Origin: a bacterium
GTDB taxonomy: Bacteria; Zhuqueibacterota; Zhuqueibacteria; Zhuqueibacterales; Zhuqueibacteraceae
DNA: 64,000 nucleotides
NCBI GenBank assembly: GCA_044869275.1
Contig: JBIOXB010000195.1
Location: 1 to 64,000, forward strand
Reading direction: 5' to 3'
The stretch's first letter is position 1; every line of letters begins with the position of its first letter. Below the pieces are notes generated by a model. The model was not told the origin of the DNA, ran no database searches, and saw only the letters and a list, made by a program, of their open reading frames with translations. Of the stretch, positions 19,571 to 30,015 are shown in pieces. Both the position numbers and the translations under genes were made by a program.

Positions 19571-20308
19571 CTAATCTTCGACGTCCAAATCGGTCTGCGG
19601 CAAATAATCTTCCTGCGGGCGCGCGATCTGAGGCTGATCCGCACGCGCCGGTCTTTCCAGTGCGCTGACGAAGGCCGGGAAGCGCCGGCGCAATTCCCAA
19701 AAATCCGATACGATGAATTCGGCCTGGCGCAGATGATAAGGCGCCAGCGTCGAAGTGATGGCAACCACAGACATGCCCGCCGCTTTCGCGGAAGAGATTC
19801 CCAGCGGCGCGTTTTCAATGACCAGACACGCCGAAGGCGTGCAACCCAGTTTTTGCGCGCCGCGAATATAGGGCTCGGGATCGGGCTTGCCGTATTCTAC
19901 GTCTTCGGCGGCAACCAAACAGTCGAAAAAACTCATCATTTCCAGGCCCAACACGGGCTCGACTTGCGCGCGCACCGAGCCGGTGACAATGCCCAGGCGA
20001 TAGCGCTGCTCTTTGAGATACTCGAGCAGTTCCAGCACGCCGTCATTCATCGTTGTTTGATGAATCGCCAGATAAAGGTCCCGTTTTTCGTTGACGATTT
20101 GCTGCACCAACTCGGGCGAGGCCGGTTTACGGTGGCGATGGCACAACTCGGCAGCCACTTCCATCGTCGTGGCGCCTTCCTGCAAATAAATCTCCAATGG
20201 GTCGACGGCAACGCCGTAACGTGCCATGACTTCCTGCCAGGCTTGCACGTGATACGGCATGCTGTTGACGAGCACACCGTCGTGATCGAACAGAATGGCA
20301 TTGATCAA
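19571..20308 (-). CDS. HAD-family phosphatase (beta-phosphoglucomutase-like)
   Basis: FDHDGVLVNS, GKPDPEPY, IENAPLG. Confidence 0.9.
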   Translation of the reverse strand: MINAILFDHDGVLVNSMPYHVQAWQEVMARYGVAVDPLEIYLQEGATTMEVAAELCHRHRKPASPELVQQIVNEKRDLYLAIHQTTMNDGVLELLEYLKEQRYRLGIVTGSVRAQVEPVLGLEMMSFFDCLVAAEDVEYGKPDPEPYIRGAQKLGCTPSACLVIENAPLGISSAKAAGMSVVAITSTLAPYHLRQAEFIVSDFWELRRRFPAFVSALERPARADQPQIARPQEDYLPQTDLDVED

Positions 20309-20475
20309 GTGGTCTCCTCCATACTTGCCTTAAGCTGCCGGACGACGTTGACTTCATTTTCGTAAGCTGACAGCCATTCCTGTGATACCGCATGCCACAA
20401 CCGGTGTGGATTATACTCCGTATGCGGGTTCTGCGTTTCACCATAAGTTAGAATTTTCGCGCAATTCCGCAAGCT

Positions 20476-21486
20476 TCAAATTGCGGCCTCGATCCAGCCG
20501 GTTTGCAGCCCGCGATGATTGTGCACTGGTATACGACGATAACTGGACATCTGTTCAAGTTCCTGCGGCGAGAGCACCTGCAGTTTTTCCAGAACGGCTA
20601 ATACGATCGCAGGCAGGCCGCGGGCAGAGCCATCCACGACTTTCACCGCCATTCCCAGCGGCTCGGGCCCGTCAATGGCGATGCACTCCACGCCCTCAGC
20701 CCCGGTTTTGGCGAGAATGCGGCCGCGTGTCGCACGCATGATACCAGTGTCAAAACGACCTTCGCCTGCGATCATCTCGGGATGTTTCACAAAAGCGAGA
20801 ACGATGCGATGCGGAATCGTATCTTGCGAGCCGATCAACGCCGCATACAGGCGCGCCAGGTTGAAAACCGGCATGGCATAATTGGGAGCGCTGCAGCCAT
20901 CAAGGCCGGTGGCGATACGCTCCCTGGGCAAATCCGCCCAATGCGAAATGGAGCTTAAGATCGTTTGTTGGTGCGGATGGTCGGGATCGAGATAGCTTTC
21001 CAGCGGCCAGCCGCGATTGACGCATGCGGCAATCATGCCGGCATGCTTGCCGGAGCAATTGTTGTGCAGCACCGTCGGCTGGATGCCGTTGGCGGCGAGT
21101 TGTTCGGCCACCGTCGCACCCAAAGGCACATGCACGCCGCATTGCAAATCTGCCGCGGAACGCCCGCACTTCTTCAGAATATTCGCGACCGCAGCGACAT
21201 GCCGTTCCTCGCCGTTGTGGCTCGACATGATGACGGCCATTTCACTGTCGTCGAGTTCAAAGACCTCAGGTACGGCATCGGTGTATAAGGGAATCGCTTG
21301 AAAAGGCTTGGCCGCAGAACGAATGTACGTCACAAATTGCGGATCGCCGAACGCGAGCACGAGTTTGCCGGCGCGATCGACCACAGCGACATGGCCGAAA
21401 TGCTGGCTTTCAATCGTGCTGCCGCGCATCACGTTTGCAAGCAAGGCAGACACGAGCGAGGGCACCCTTCTTAACTTGATGGTCAA
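20476..21486 (-). CDS. L-asparaginase II (Rhizobium AnsA-type)
   Basis: RSAAKPFQ, SHNGE, HNNCSGKH, DGC, AKTGAEG. Confidence 0.88.
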   Translation of the reverse strand: MTIKLRRVPSLVSALLANVMRGSTIESQHFGHVAVVDRAGKLVLAFGDPQFVTYIRSAAKPFQAIPLYTDAVPEVFELDDSEMAVIMSSHNGEERHVAAVANILKKCGRSAADLQCGVHVPLGATVAEQLAANGIQPTVLHNNCSGKHAGMIAACVNRGWPLESYLDPDHPHQQTILSSISHWADLPRERIATGLDGCSAPNYAMPVFNLARLYAALIGSQDTIPHRIVLAFVKHPEMIAGEGRFDTGIMRATRGRILAKTGAEGVECIAIDGPEPLGMAVKVVDGSARGLPAIVLAVLEKLQVLSPQELEQMSSYRRIPVHNHRGLQTGWIEAAI

Positions 21487-21644
21487 AACCGCGGCTGGAG
21501 CTTTCCAGTATCATGCCCTCCCGCAAAGGACAAGAGCTTTTCAGAACATACGCCGTGCGCGATACTCAGCAGAAACCGCACCGGACAACAGTGCGGTGAG
21601 GCGCAGCGAAGGAGCTTCCAATGGGAAGAAAGGCGCTGAATGGC

Positions 21645-21944
21645 TCAGCCGTTTTGTTGCTTGAATTTCGAGACTGCACTGCGAAAAGAACTTTTCAGCT
21701 CGGTCCAGCTTTTTTCCATGCCTGTTCTCAGATCGTCCCAGGCTTCGTCGCTGGCTCCCTGCAATTCTTTGAACTTGCTTTGTGCGGCTTCCTTTTTAAC
21801 CCGCAACTCTTCGAGCTGTTTTTGAAACTCCGCTTTGGCGCCCGCCTTGGCGCGATCGGCTTTGAGCTTCAAATCATCCATTTCCGTGTCCCACTCCTGC
21901 AATTGCTGCGCCAGCTTCTGCAGATAGGATTTTTTGTCTTCCAT
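21645..21944 (-). CDS. Small coiled-coil stress-response-type protein
   Basis: Strong GAAAGGAG RBS; charged helical 99-aa protein with AWDDLRTG. Confidence 0.8.
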   Translation of the reverse strand: MEDKKSYLQKLAQQLQEWDTEMDDLKLKADRAKAGAKAEFQKQLEELRVKKEAAQSKFKELQGASDEAWDDLRTGMEKSWTELKSSFRSAVSKFKQQNG

Positions 21945-22089
21945 AAAACAATCTCCTTTCCCTATAATGCCCAAATATTAAAAAATGCAAACTCCAATGC
22001 GCATCCTGGCGGAAGCGAACGTCGATCTCGGGCTCTTGCTCTTCAGGCGCCATGCACAGGCTCCCGGTTGGAGGCACGACCACAGGAGT

Positions 22090-22800
22090 TCATCGTATCA
22101 GCGCGATCATATCGCGCACAGCGCGCTCCATTCCCACCATCACCGCGCGTGCCACCAACGCGTGGCCGATGTTCAGCTCCTCGATTTGCGGCGTGGCCGC
22201 GATTTCGCGCACGTTCTGATAATTCAGGCCGTGCCCCGCGCTCACGCCCAAGCGCAGCTTGCTGGCCGCGACCGCGATCGAGCGAATCTTCTCCAATTCT
22301 TCGTTGATCGCATTCAAGCTTTCTGCCCGGGAATAGGCACCGGTGTGCAGTTCGACGTAATCCGCGCCCACGCGTGCCGCCGTTTTGATTTGCTGAATAT
22401 CCGGCGCAATAAACAAGCTCACGACGATGCTATGCGCGTGCAAAATGGTGATGGCTTCGGTGATGTATTCCTGGTTCGCGGCCACATCGAGACCGCCTTC
22501 GGTGGTCAGCTCTTCGCGCCGTTCGGGCACCAGCGTGACCATGTCGGGCACGACCTCCGCGGCGATTTTGACCATCTCGTCTGTCGCCGCCATTTCCAGA
22601 TTGAGATGCGTCTTGACGACTTCTTTCAAAAGATAAAGGTCTTTGTCTTTGATGTGGCGGCGATCCTCCCGCAAATGGCAAACCACGCCGTCTGCCCCCG
22701 CCATCTCCGCCGCAATCGCCGCGGCAACAGGATCCGGAACACGATCTTTTCGTGCTTCACGCAAAGTCGCCACATGATCCACATTCACACCCAAACGCAT
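22090..22800 (-). CDS. pdxJ: Pyridoxine 5'-phosphate synthase
   Basis: LGVNVDHVATLR, HLREDRRH, TTEGGLD, AGHGL, ELNIGH. Confidence 0.97.
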   Translation of the reverse strand: MRLGVNVDHVATLREARKDRVPDPVAAAIAAEMAGADGVVCHLREDRRHIKDKDLYLLKEVVKTHLNLEMAATDEMVKIAAEVVPDMVTLVPERREELTTEGGLDVAANQEYITEAITILHAHSIVVSLFIAPDIQQIKTAARVGADYVELHTGAYSRAESLNAINEELEKIRSIAVAASKLRLGVSAGHGLNYQNVREIAATPQIEELNIGHALVARAVMVGMERAVRDMIALIR

Positions 22801-22846
22801 CTCGCCTTCCTCCTCAGATGAAGCACTTCGTACCGCATTAAATTTT

Positions 22847-22907
22847 GCCCACGGAAATGGAACTCCCACTGAAATGAAAAGCTTCTTTCCGTTCCATTTC
22901 CGTGGGC
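22847..22907. repeat. Perfect 17-bp inverted repeat
   Basis: GCCCACGGAAATGGAAC ... GTTCCATTTCCGTGGGC. Confidence 0.9.
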
Positions 22908-22949
22908 TGAACTTCCAGAATTTTATTCTATGTTTGATTGCCTAAGCGC

Positions 22950-24125
22950 CTATTGCATGACCGTCGAAAACTGTTGCACCTGCCCACGGATCAATTCTTC
23001 CACCGGCACCAGGTCAAAGCCGCGGCGCTGCAATTGCGGCACAACTTCCTGCAGCACCTGCAAGGTGACGCGATGCGGGTGGCCGATGCCGATGGCGGCG
23101 CCGCGCACACCGGCAGCCCCGGCCAGATAAGCCAGCTTTTTCCTGACATATTCCGCATCTTCGACGGTATCCAGGAAAGTATCATTCAAACCGGAGTCCA
23201 AGCCCTGTTTTTGAGCCAGGGCGTACGCGCGCGTCTCCGGCGTAGTACGGCTGTCCAAAAAAAAGAAGCCGGACGCCTTTAATTCCGCGAAGGCCGCGCC
23301 GAGCAGCGCTTCATTTTGCGTGGCGCGCGAGCCCATGTGATTGTTCATGCCCTGGGCTCCGGGAATCGCGGCGATGGCTTGGCGTACTCGGCTGCGGATT
23401 TCTTCCGGCGAAGAAGCGACCAATAGCTCGTAGCCGTTCTGTTCCACCTTTCTTTCCAAAGCCTCCATTGGCATGTGCACAATGACGGCTTTGCCGGCCC
23501 GCTGCAGCTCTTGCGCCAGGGCCGTGGAATGAGGCAGGCCGGGAATGATGGCGTAGGTGACCGTGAACGGCAAGGCAACGAACTGCGCGACCACTTGGTC
23601 ATCGTTGTAGCCGAAATCATCGATGACGATCGCGATCTTGCCCGCGGGCTGATCCAGCTTTGCGTCCGGCGTCAATCGAATGGTATCGACGCGGCGGCCG
23701 GACAGCGTGCACACCAGTTCCTTTTCTCCCGGCAACAGATCATGGCTGGTGCCCTGCACTTCGGCGCCCGATTGCAGCGCGCGCGCAATCATTTTCTGAT
23801 AGAGCTCACCGAGATTTACGCTGGCCGGTACGCGCACTCGGCGCAAGTTTTTTTTCTCTTCAATCCAGGCGGGCGCAACGCCGTTTTCCAGCAGCACACG
23901 GTCCATTTCCAGCCGCAAGCGCTGCTCGCGCGCCAGCGCCTTGGTTGCGCCTGCCAGGTGGAATGTTTCTCTTTGACTTCTGACTTTTGACTGGAGATAA
24001 TAATCGAGCCCGACCAGCACCGCCATGACCAAAAGGAAAATAAAAATCATCATCTGCTGCCAGCCGGGGAACCTCCATTTGGAACGCCGCAGCGTTTGGC
24101 GGGCAATGCGAGTGAAGCGCTTCAT
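22950..24125 (-). CDS. Divergent polysaccharide deacetylase (YibQ family), membrane anchored
   Basis: IVIDDFG, HMPME, NNHMGS, FLDSRT, IGIGHP. Confidence 0.92.
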   Translation of the reverse strand: MKRFTRIARQTLRRSKWRFPGWQQMMIFIFLLVMAVLVGLDYYLQSKVRSQRETFHLAGATKALAREQRLRLEMDRVLLENGVAPAWIEEKKNLRRVRVPASVNLGELYQKMIARALQSGAEVQGTSHDLLPGEKELVCTLSGRRVDTIRLTPDAKLDQPAGKIAIVIDDFGYNDDQVVAQFVALPFTVTYAIIPGLPHSTALAQELQRAGKAVIVHMPMEALERKVEQNGYELLVASSPEEIRSRVRQAIAAIPGAQGMNNHMGSRATQNEALLGAAFAELKASGFFFLDSRTTPETRAYALAQKQGLDSGLNDTFLDTVEDAEYVRKKLAYLAGAAGVRGAAIGIGHPHRVTLQVLQEVVPQLQRRGFDLVPVEELIRGQVQQFSTVMQ

Positions 24126-24796
24126 CGCACGAACGCGATTTTAAGCGCGCTCCAGGTTTGCACCGGGCCAGTGGCAAAATCCACCCAGCGCAGAATCGAC
24201 CATTCTCCATAGGAATCTTTCAGCAGCCAAAAGCGCAATTCGCCTTTGACGCGGCCGGGCACGCCTGCGGCCTGGCGGCGATGGCGCGCAGTCAGATCGT
24301 AGCCATAAAAAAACTGCGCCGAGTCGCCAAACAGGTTGGTCTGCAGCGAATCCAGCCGCAACGCACAAAGCGAATCAAAAGGCAAGGCGACGCGCAATTG
24401 CGAAAAATAATCCCTTTCTTGAACCAACCCCCAATCCACAAACGCACCGGGATTATTGTTCGCCACTGTGATTTCCGGATCGAACCTGAAGCTGCGGCCC
24501 ACGCGCGACACCTCGGAGAAACAGCGCACATAGTTTTCCACGTTGCGGTCGGCGATGGCATTACGCAAATTTTCGATGACCACTTCCGCCGAGAACGGCG
24601 GAATCCAGCGGCTGCCCAGGCCTTCAGGAGGCTCGGGCGTGCGTGTGACAAACGGGTTCTCACAAGCGATTGATATGCAAAGGACGCTCGCAAAAAAAAT
24701 CAGGCGACTTGGCGACAGGAGGCCGCGGTCTTCATCCCGCGTTGTGTGCCGTCGTAACATTGCCATCAATATACAGTATGCCGGGCAAGAGATCAA
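24122..24796 (-). CDS. Hypothetical lipoprotein
   Basis: Lipobox-like ISIAC followed by NPF..R.PEPP; overlaps the next start; true start probably later. Confidence 0.7.
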   Translation of the reverse strand: MISCPAYCILMAMLRRHTTRDEDRGLLSPSRLIFFASVLCISIACENPFVTRTPEPPEGLGSRWIPPFSAEVVIENLRNAIADRNVENYVRCFSEVSRVGRSFRFDPEITVANNNPGAFVDWGLVQERDYFSQLRVALPFDSLCALRLDSLQTNLFGDSAQFFYGYDLTARHRRQAAGVPGRVKGELRFWLLKDSYGEWSILRWVDFATGPVQTWSALKIAFVR

Positions 24797-24919
24797 GGCT
24801 TAAATTCCAGCATTGACGCGCCCGCGAGCAATTCTTCGCTTGTTTCTTCATCCATAATTATTTATTTTCATCGCGGGAAATGAACAGGAATCTTGCCTTC
24901 ACATTTGTCCGATTGCCAT

Positions 24920-25918
24920 ATGAATTTCTGCCCGCATTGTGCCACTCCCCTGCCCAGAGAGAATGACGCGGCGCGAAATATTTTGGCTTGCCCGAATTGC
25001 TCATGGCGCCATTGGAACAATCCCGTTCCCGCAGCCGGGTGTTTGATTGAAGACAGCGGCAAGATTCTCCTGATTCTGCGCAAGAATCAGCCGGCCGCCG
25101 GCATGTGGAGCCTGCCGGTTGGCTTTCTGCATTACGGCGAAACCCTGGAAGAATGCGCCACGCGAGAAACCGAGGAAGAAACTGGATTGCGCGTCGAGCC
25201 GGTCGCCCTCATCGGCAGTTATAGCGACATCATCGACGCGCATCGCAGCCACGTCGTTTCGATTTATCGCGGCCGCATCATTGCCGGAGAACTGCGCGCA
25301 GGTGACGATGCGGAGGACGTGCGCTGGTTCTCCATGCAGCATTTGCCCGAGCTGGCCTTTCCCTCCGGCCAAAGCGCGATTACCCAATGGCTCTCGATTC
25401 GCAACGGACCGGTCAATGCGGTTTATTTTTGTCCGCGCTGCCGCGGTCCGCTGGAAAAGCGTTTCATCGGCCTGCACGAATATCCCGCCTGTCCCACCTG
25501 CCATTATATTCATTTCCGCAATCCCATTCCGCTCGTGGCCGCGATCGTGACCGACGCCGAGCACCGCATATTGCTGGTGAAAAGAAAACTTCCTCCCCGC
25601 ATCGGCGACTGGGCTTTGCCGGGCGGCTATATCGATTTCGGCGAGACTTCGGAGGAAGCGGCGCAACGCGAAGTGCGCGAAGAAACCGGCTTGGAAGTGA
25701 AAGTCACGCGCTACTTTTTTTCGGCGAACTTTCCCAGCCCGCTCAACGCGGAGCAATATCTTTTGAAGATCGTGTTCGTCGCGGAAACCACCGGCGGCGT
25801 GTTGCAAGCCGGAGACGATGCCAGCGATGCGCGTTTCTTCGCATCGGCCGAGGTGCCACCGAATCTAGCGCATGAGAATGAATGGGAGGTGATTAGGACG
25901 TGGAAGGAAAGAAATTGA
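24920..25918 (+). CDS. Tandem Zn-ribbon/NUDIX hydrolase
   Basis: Two FCPxC...CPxC ribbons, each followed by a Nudix box (RETEEETG, REVREETG). Confidence 0.9.
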   Translation: MNFCPHCATPLPRENDAARNILACPNCSWRHWNNPVPAAGCLIEDSGKILLILRKNQPAAGMWSLPVGFLHYGETLEECATRETEEETGLRVEPVALIGSYSDIIDAHRSHVVSIYRGRIIAGELRAGDDAEDVRWFSMQHLPELAFPSGQSAITQWLSIRNGPVNAVYFCPRCRGPLEKRFIGLHEYPACPTCHYIHFRNPIPLVAAIVTDAEHRILLVKRKLPPRIGDWALPGGYIDFGETSEEAAQREVREETGLEVKVTRYFFSANFPSPLNAEQYLLKIVFVAETTGGVLQAGDDASDARFFASAEVPPNLAHENEWEVIRTWKERN

Positions 25919-26132
25919 GCTCCTTCACATCACCTGGTAGAATTCTTTGCCCTCATAAACATCCAAATACTTTTTTCGCCGGGAAATGAAATTCTTCAAA
26001 CTTATCTCCTTTGTCACCCATCGCTCTTGCCTGTCAAAAGAATGCTAATTTGGCATGATTTCACCTCCTGATATATTGGAACGCATGCGAAGATATTCAA
26101 GAACGCATAAGACAGCAAAAGAAGATTGGTGC

Positions 26133-26172
26133 CCGTGACATTTTTTTACATCTTTTGACCTTGCCCTGACAC
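26133..26172 (+). promoter_or_regulatory. Putative OmpR-type response regulator direct-repeat box
   Basis: TGACA/TTACA/TGACC/TGACA at 10, 10, 11 bp spacing; recurs at 28789. Confidence 0.65.
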
Positions 26173-26203
26173 GCCTTTTATACAAATGCTTTAAATTACC
26201 GCG

Positions 26204-27811
26204 ATGCTATTCGCCTCCAAACCCAAACCCCATCATCGCCAGCGCCGTCCGGTCTGGGGCATTGCCCTGCTGGTTTTCCTGTTGCTCCTGGCTCCGATTT
26301 TCACCTATACGGCTTTGGAAATCTCCCGCGCGAATGAACAAGAAGCGCTATTGCAGAATATTTACCAGGCGCAACTCGGCGCGATTCTGTTTTCCGTGAA
26401 CCAGTATTGCTGGGACGTGGTGACCGGCTGGGGCGGTTTTTTGCGCACGGAAATATACGGCAAGGGCAGCCCGCCCGCTTCCCCGGCAGAAATCGTGGCA
26501 AGATTGGCAACCGCGCAAAAGCGCTACGCCGCACTCAGCGGAGCATTTTGTTCAGCGCCTGACGGGCTTTATTTGGCGCTATCCGATTCTTTGCTGCCGC
26601 TGCACGACAATATGGAACAAGGAATCCACCACGCCCTCGCCGGCGGCGCGTTAGAAATCGAAAGAATGCGGGAGCAAGCAAGCAAAGGTTATGTCCGGCC
26701 CGTGGTTTTGAAACTGCAAACGGAGGCACTGCGGCAGGATTTGATCTTTGTCTTTGCATTCGAATCCGGCAATGCCCACGCCAGTTTGAGCGGGTTTTTT
26801 CTTTCAACGGAGAGGTTTGTGCAGCAAGTGCTCCAGCCCAAAATCTCGGAATTTGCTTCGCAAAACTTTTTGCTGGCCGTCAAGCAGGCGGGAACAGATC
26901 GCGTCTTCTTTGCCACGCAGAATCTGGCGGGGGAAACTTTTGAACAAGAGGAAGCGCTGTGGGTGCTGCCTGACATGAAGCTGGCGGTCAAGCTCGCCGG
27001 TGCCAGCGCCGCTCAACTGGCGCGCGGCCGCACGCAGCAAACTCTGTTTTTGATGCTCGGCGTGGACGCCGTCATCATCATCGCCTTGATTTTTCTGCTG
27101 CGCGTGCTGCTGCGCGAAACCGAGCTGGCGCGCTTGAAATCGGATTTCGTCGATCACGTGTCGCACGACCTGCGCACGCCGCTGGGCTTGCTGCGCATGT
27201 TTGCCGAGACGCTGGAAATGGGCCGCGTCGCCTCCGAGGAAAAGCGGCAGGAATACTATCGCATTCTATCACGGGAAACCGCGCGCTTGACGCGGCTGGT
27301 TAACAACCTGCTCGACTTTTCCCGCATGCAGGCCGGACGCAAGGAATACGAGAAAAGGCAAATCCAGCTCGCGCCACTACTGCAAGAGGCGCTCAACACC
27401 TATCGTTTCCATTTGCAGCAGCGCGGCTTCGCGCTGGCCGAGGAGATCGATTTTGCCGTGCCTCCCATCATGGCCGACACGGAGGCCGTGGCGCAAGCAT
27501 TTCTGAACTTGCTGGACAATGCCGTCAAATACAGCGAGCATGAGAAGCACCTCACCGTCAGGCTACGGGGCGAAGGTGATTGGGCTCTGGTCGAAGTGGC
27601 CGATCGTGGAGTGGGTATTGCCGCCCAGCACCTCGACAAAATTTTCGGAAAATTCTATCGTATCGAACTGGCCGGCCAGGAAACGCGCGGCGCCGGCATC
27701 GGCCTGGCAATTGTGCAGCACATTATGGAGGCGCATGGCGGCTGCGTCGAGGTGAAAAGTGAACCAGGCAAAGGCAGCAGTTTCGTTTTGAAATTCCCAT
27801 TGCAATCATAA
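26204..27811 (+). CDS. Membrane sensor histidine kinase
   Basis: Two TM segments; VSHDLRTPL, NLLDNAVKY, DRGVG, GIGL. Confidence 0.95.
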   Translation: MLFASKPKPHHRQRRPVWGIALLVFLLLLAPIFTYTALEISRANEQEALLQNIYQAQLGAILFSVNQYCWDVVTGWGGFLRTEIYGKGSPPASPAEIVARLATAQKRYAALSGAFCSAPDGLYLALSDSLLPLHDNMEQGIHHALAGGALEIERMREQASKGYVRPVVLKLQTEALRQDLIFVFAFESGNAHASLSGFFLSTERFVQQVLQPKISEFASQNFLLAVKQAGTDRVFFATQNLAGETFEQEEALWVLPDMKLAVKLAGASAAQLARGRTQQTLFLMLGVDAVIIIALIFLLRVLLRETELARLKSDFVDHVSHDLRTPLGLLRMFAETLEMGRVASEEKRQEYYRILSRETARLTRLVNNLLDFSRMQAGRKEYEKRQIQLAPLLQEALNTYRFHLQQRGFALAEEIDFAVPPIMADTEAVAQAFLNLLDNAVKYSEHEKHLTVRLRGEGDWALVEVADRGVGIAAQHLDKIFGKFYRIELAGQETRGAGIGLAIVQHIMEAHGGCVEVKSEPGKGSSFVLKFPLQS

Positions 27812-27891
27812 GCACCCAAACCGGGTTGTGGCGGTTTTCGATTGCGTGAGGAACCTTCACTCCTTTCTGTCATTCCGTAGGAGCATGAATC

Positions 27892-28575
27892 ATGGCCAAA
27901 ATCCTCATCATCGAAGACGAACCCGACATGGCTCGCGGTCTGGAGGACAATCTCAAATTCGAAGGGTACGAAGTGCAAACCGCGAGCGATGGCACTACCG
28001 GGCTCAATTACGCCTTGTCCAATCCCGTTGATTTGATTTTGCTGGATCTCATGCTGCCGAAAATGCCGGGATATGAAGTGTGCAAAGCCCTGCGCGCGAA
28101 GGGCAATGCCACGCCCATCATCATGCTCACCGCCAAGGGGCAGGAAATCGATAAAGTCCTGGGCTTGGAATTGGGCGCGGACGACTATATCACCAAGCCC
28201 TTCAGTCTGCGCGAGCTGCTGGCGCGCATTCATGCGCTGCTGCGGCGCCAAGGCGCGGCCCGCACACAGCCGGTGGGCACTTATGCCTTTGGCGAACTGG
28301 TGCTGGATTTCGAACATTACCGCGCGACCAAAGCCGGGGAGGAAATCGAGCTCACCCCGAAAGAGTTCGAAATCCTGCGCTACTTGATTGCGCATCGCGG
28401 TCAAACCGTGAATCGCTCCGAGCTGCTCGACCAGGTCTGGGGCATCGAGGATTATCCCACCACGCGCACCGTGGACAATCACATTCTGAAATTGCGCAAA
28501 AAAATCGAAAAAAATCCCGCCAACCCGGATTACATCATCACGGTGCATGGCCTGGGCTATAAATTTTTGGGGTGA
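27892..28575 (+). CDS. OmpR/PhoB-family response regulator
   Basis: Receiver domain (IED, LDLMLP, GADDYITKPF) plus winged helix (RTVDNHI, TVHGLGY). Confidence 0.97.
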   Translation: MAKILIIEDEPDMARGLEDNLKFEGYEVQTASDGTTGLNYALSNPVDLILLDLMLPKMPGYEVCKALRAKGNATPIIMLTAKGQEIDKVLGLELGADDYITKPFSLRELLARIHALLRRQGAARTQPVGTYAFGELVLDFEHYRATKAGEEIELTPKEFEILRYLIAHRGQTVNRSELLDQVWGIEDYPTTRTVDNHILKLRKKIEKNPANPDYIITVHGLGYKFLG

Positions 28576-28677
28576 TACGTTTTCCGCAACCCTCTGCGAT
28601 TTCTACTCGCTCACGATTGCTCCTGGGTAAGAAACAAGGTGTTCTCACACCGTCTGACTCCCGGCGAAATGGCAAAG

Positions 28678-28772
28678 CCCGGAAAAGCCGGAACCTCATC
28701 CCGACTTACTCGGGACAAAACACAAAATCCAAAAGTGGCTTTGAGTTTTGAGCTTTGGATTTTGGATTTCTT
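28678..28772. repeat. Dispersed repeat, copy A (homolog at 56397)
   Basis: CCCGGAAAAGCCGGAA start and TTGAGTTTTG.GCTTTGGATTTTGGATTTCTT end shared with 56397..56480. Confidence 0.75.
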
Positions 28773-28788
28773 TCTCTGGCATGCCACG

Positions 28789-28828
28789 CCGTGACAATTT
28801 TTTACAATCTTTCACGGGCAAATGACAA
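28789..28828 (+). promoter_or_regulatory. Second copy of the direct-repeat box
   Basis: CCGTGACAATTTTTTACAATCTTTCACG...TGACA with the same spacing as 26133. Confidence 0.65.
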
Positions 28829-28887
28829 CCGGAAACAGCTCAAGCCGTATCCTAACCCACAACAAAAGACCATCTGGCCGCAAGATC

Positions 28888-29967
28888 ATGATGAATGCAT
28901 TCAAAATCACTGCAAAGACACTCGGAAGAGTCATGACGGTTCCGCTGCTCACGCTTGCATTTGGCATGAAACCGGCGCCTGCCCAGGAATGGCGCGAAGC
29001 TGTTTCACTCGCCGGCAATTGGAAATTCGAGATCGGCGACAATCCCCAATACCGCGAGCGCGATTGCGAGGACTCGAATTGGGAGCAGATTCATGTCCCC
29101 GGCGCGTGGGAGAATCAGGGTTTTCCGGGTTACGACGGTTATGCCTGGTATCGCAAAGATTTTCGCACGCCGCCACAGGCCGGAGAATATCTTTTGTATC
29201 TGCACCTGGGAAATATCGATGACGCTGACGAAACCTATGTGAACGGCAAATTGGTCGGATATCAAGGCCGGTTCCCGCCGTTTTATGAAACGGCTTATAA
29301 CTACGCGCGAACATACTTGATTCCACCGGATTTCTTGGATCCTTCCGGCGAGAACGTGATTGCCATCCGCGTTTACGACGACGAGCTGGCGGGCGGTCTC
29401 ATATACGGGGAGTTCGGCATCTTTTATAAACCCGACCAGATGCAAGTCACCCTGCCTTTGAGCGGTCCATGGAAGCTAAGGCTGGAGGATCAGCGCCGAT
29501 TCGCCCAGCCGGATTGGGATGACGCCGGCTGGCAGCAGGTTGCGGTGCCGAGTTACTGGGACAGCTACGGCCATAAAGACTATGATGGCATCGGCTGGTA
29601 TCGCACAAAATTCCGGCTGCCCAAGGATCTCGTGAATGAGAAGCTCATCCTCTTTTTAGGGAGAATCGACGACGTCGATCAGGTCTATGTCAATGGCAAG
29701 TTTCTGGGCAAGACCGGACCATGGCCGGTTCGCGATAATGTTCGCGGCTTCTACGACGATTATTATCTGCAAGTGCGCGCCTATTACTTTCCCAAGGACC
29801 TGCTCTGGCCGGACCGGGAAAACGTCATCGCCGTGCGCGTCTTCGATAGCATCCTGCATGGCGGGATTTGGGACGGGCCGGTGGGCTTGGCAACGCGCCG
29901 GCAGTATATGAAGTGGCGGGACCGCAATGCCTCTCCGCAAGATCTGTTGTGGCGGCTGTTTAAATGA
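28888..29967 (+). CDS. Secreted protein with two galactose-binding (beta-galactosidase jelly-roll-like) domains
   Basis: Duplicated LxGxW...YDGxxWYR...LGxIDD.D..YVNG...ENVIA.RV.D...GG; no catalytic domain seen. Confidence 0.85.
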   Translation: MMNAFKITAKTLGRVMTVPLLTLAFGMKPAPAQEWREAVSLAGNWKFEIGDNPQYRERDCEDSNWEQIHVPGAWENQGFPGYDGYAWYRKDFRTPPQAGEYLLYLHLGNIDDADETYVNGKLVGYQGRFPPFYETAYNYARTYLIPPDFLDPSGENVIAIRVYDDELAGGLIYGEFGIFYKPDQMQVTLPLSGPWKLRLEDQRRFAQPDWDDAGWQQVAVPSYWDSYGHKDYDGIGWYRTKFRLPKDLVNEKLILFLGRIDDVDQVYVNGKFLGKTGPWPVRDNVRGFYDDYYLQVRAYYFPKDLLWPDRENVIAVRVFDSILHGGIWDGPVGLATRRQYMKWRDRNASPQDLLWRLFK

Positions 29968-30015
29968 AGCAAACACACCCGGGTACGGGAATCCAAATCT
30001 ACAAAGGAGTATACC

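Noticed and set aside
21500..21640. ncRNA between the coiled-coil gene and asparaginase
   Set aside because: Only a simple ACCGCAC/GTGCGGT hairpin, consistent with a weak terminator
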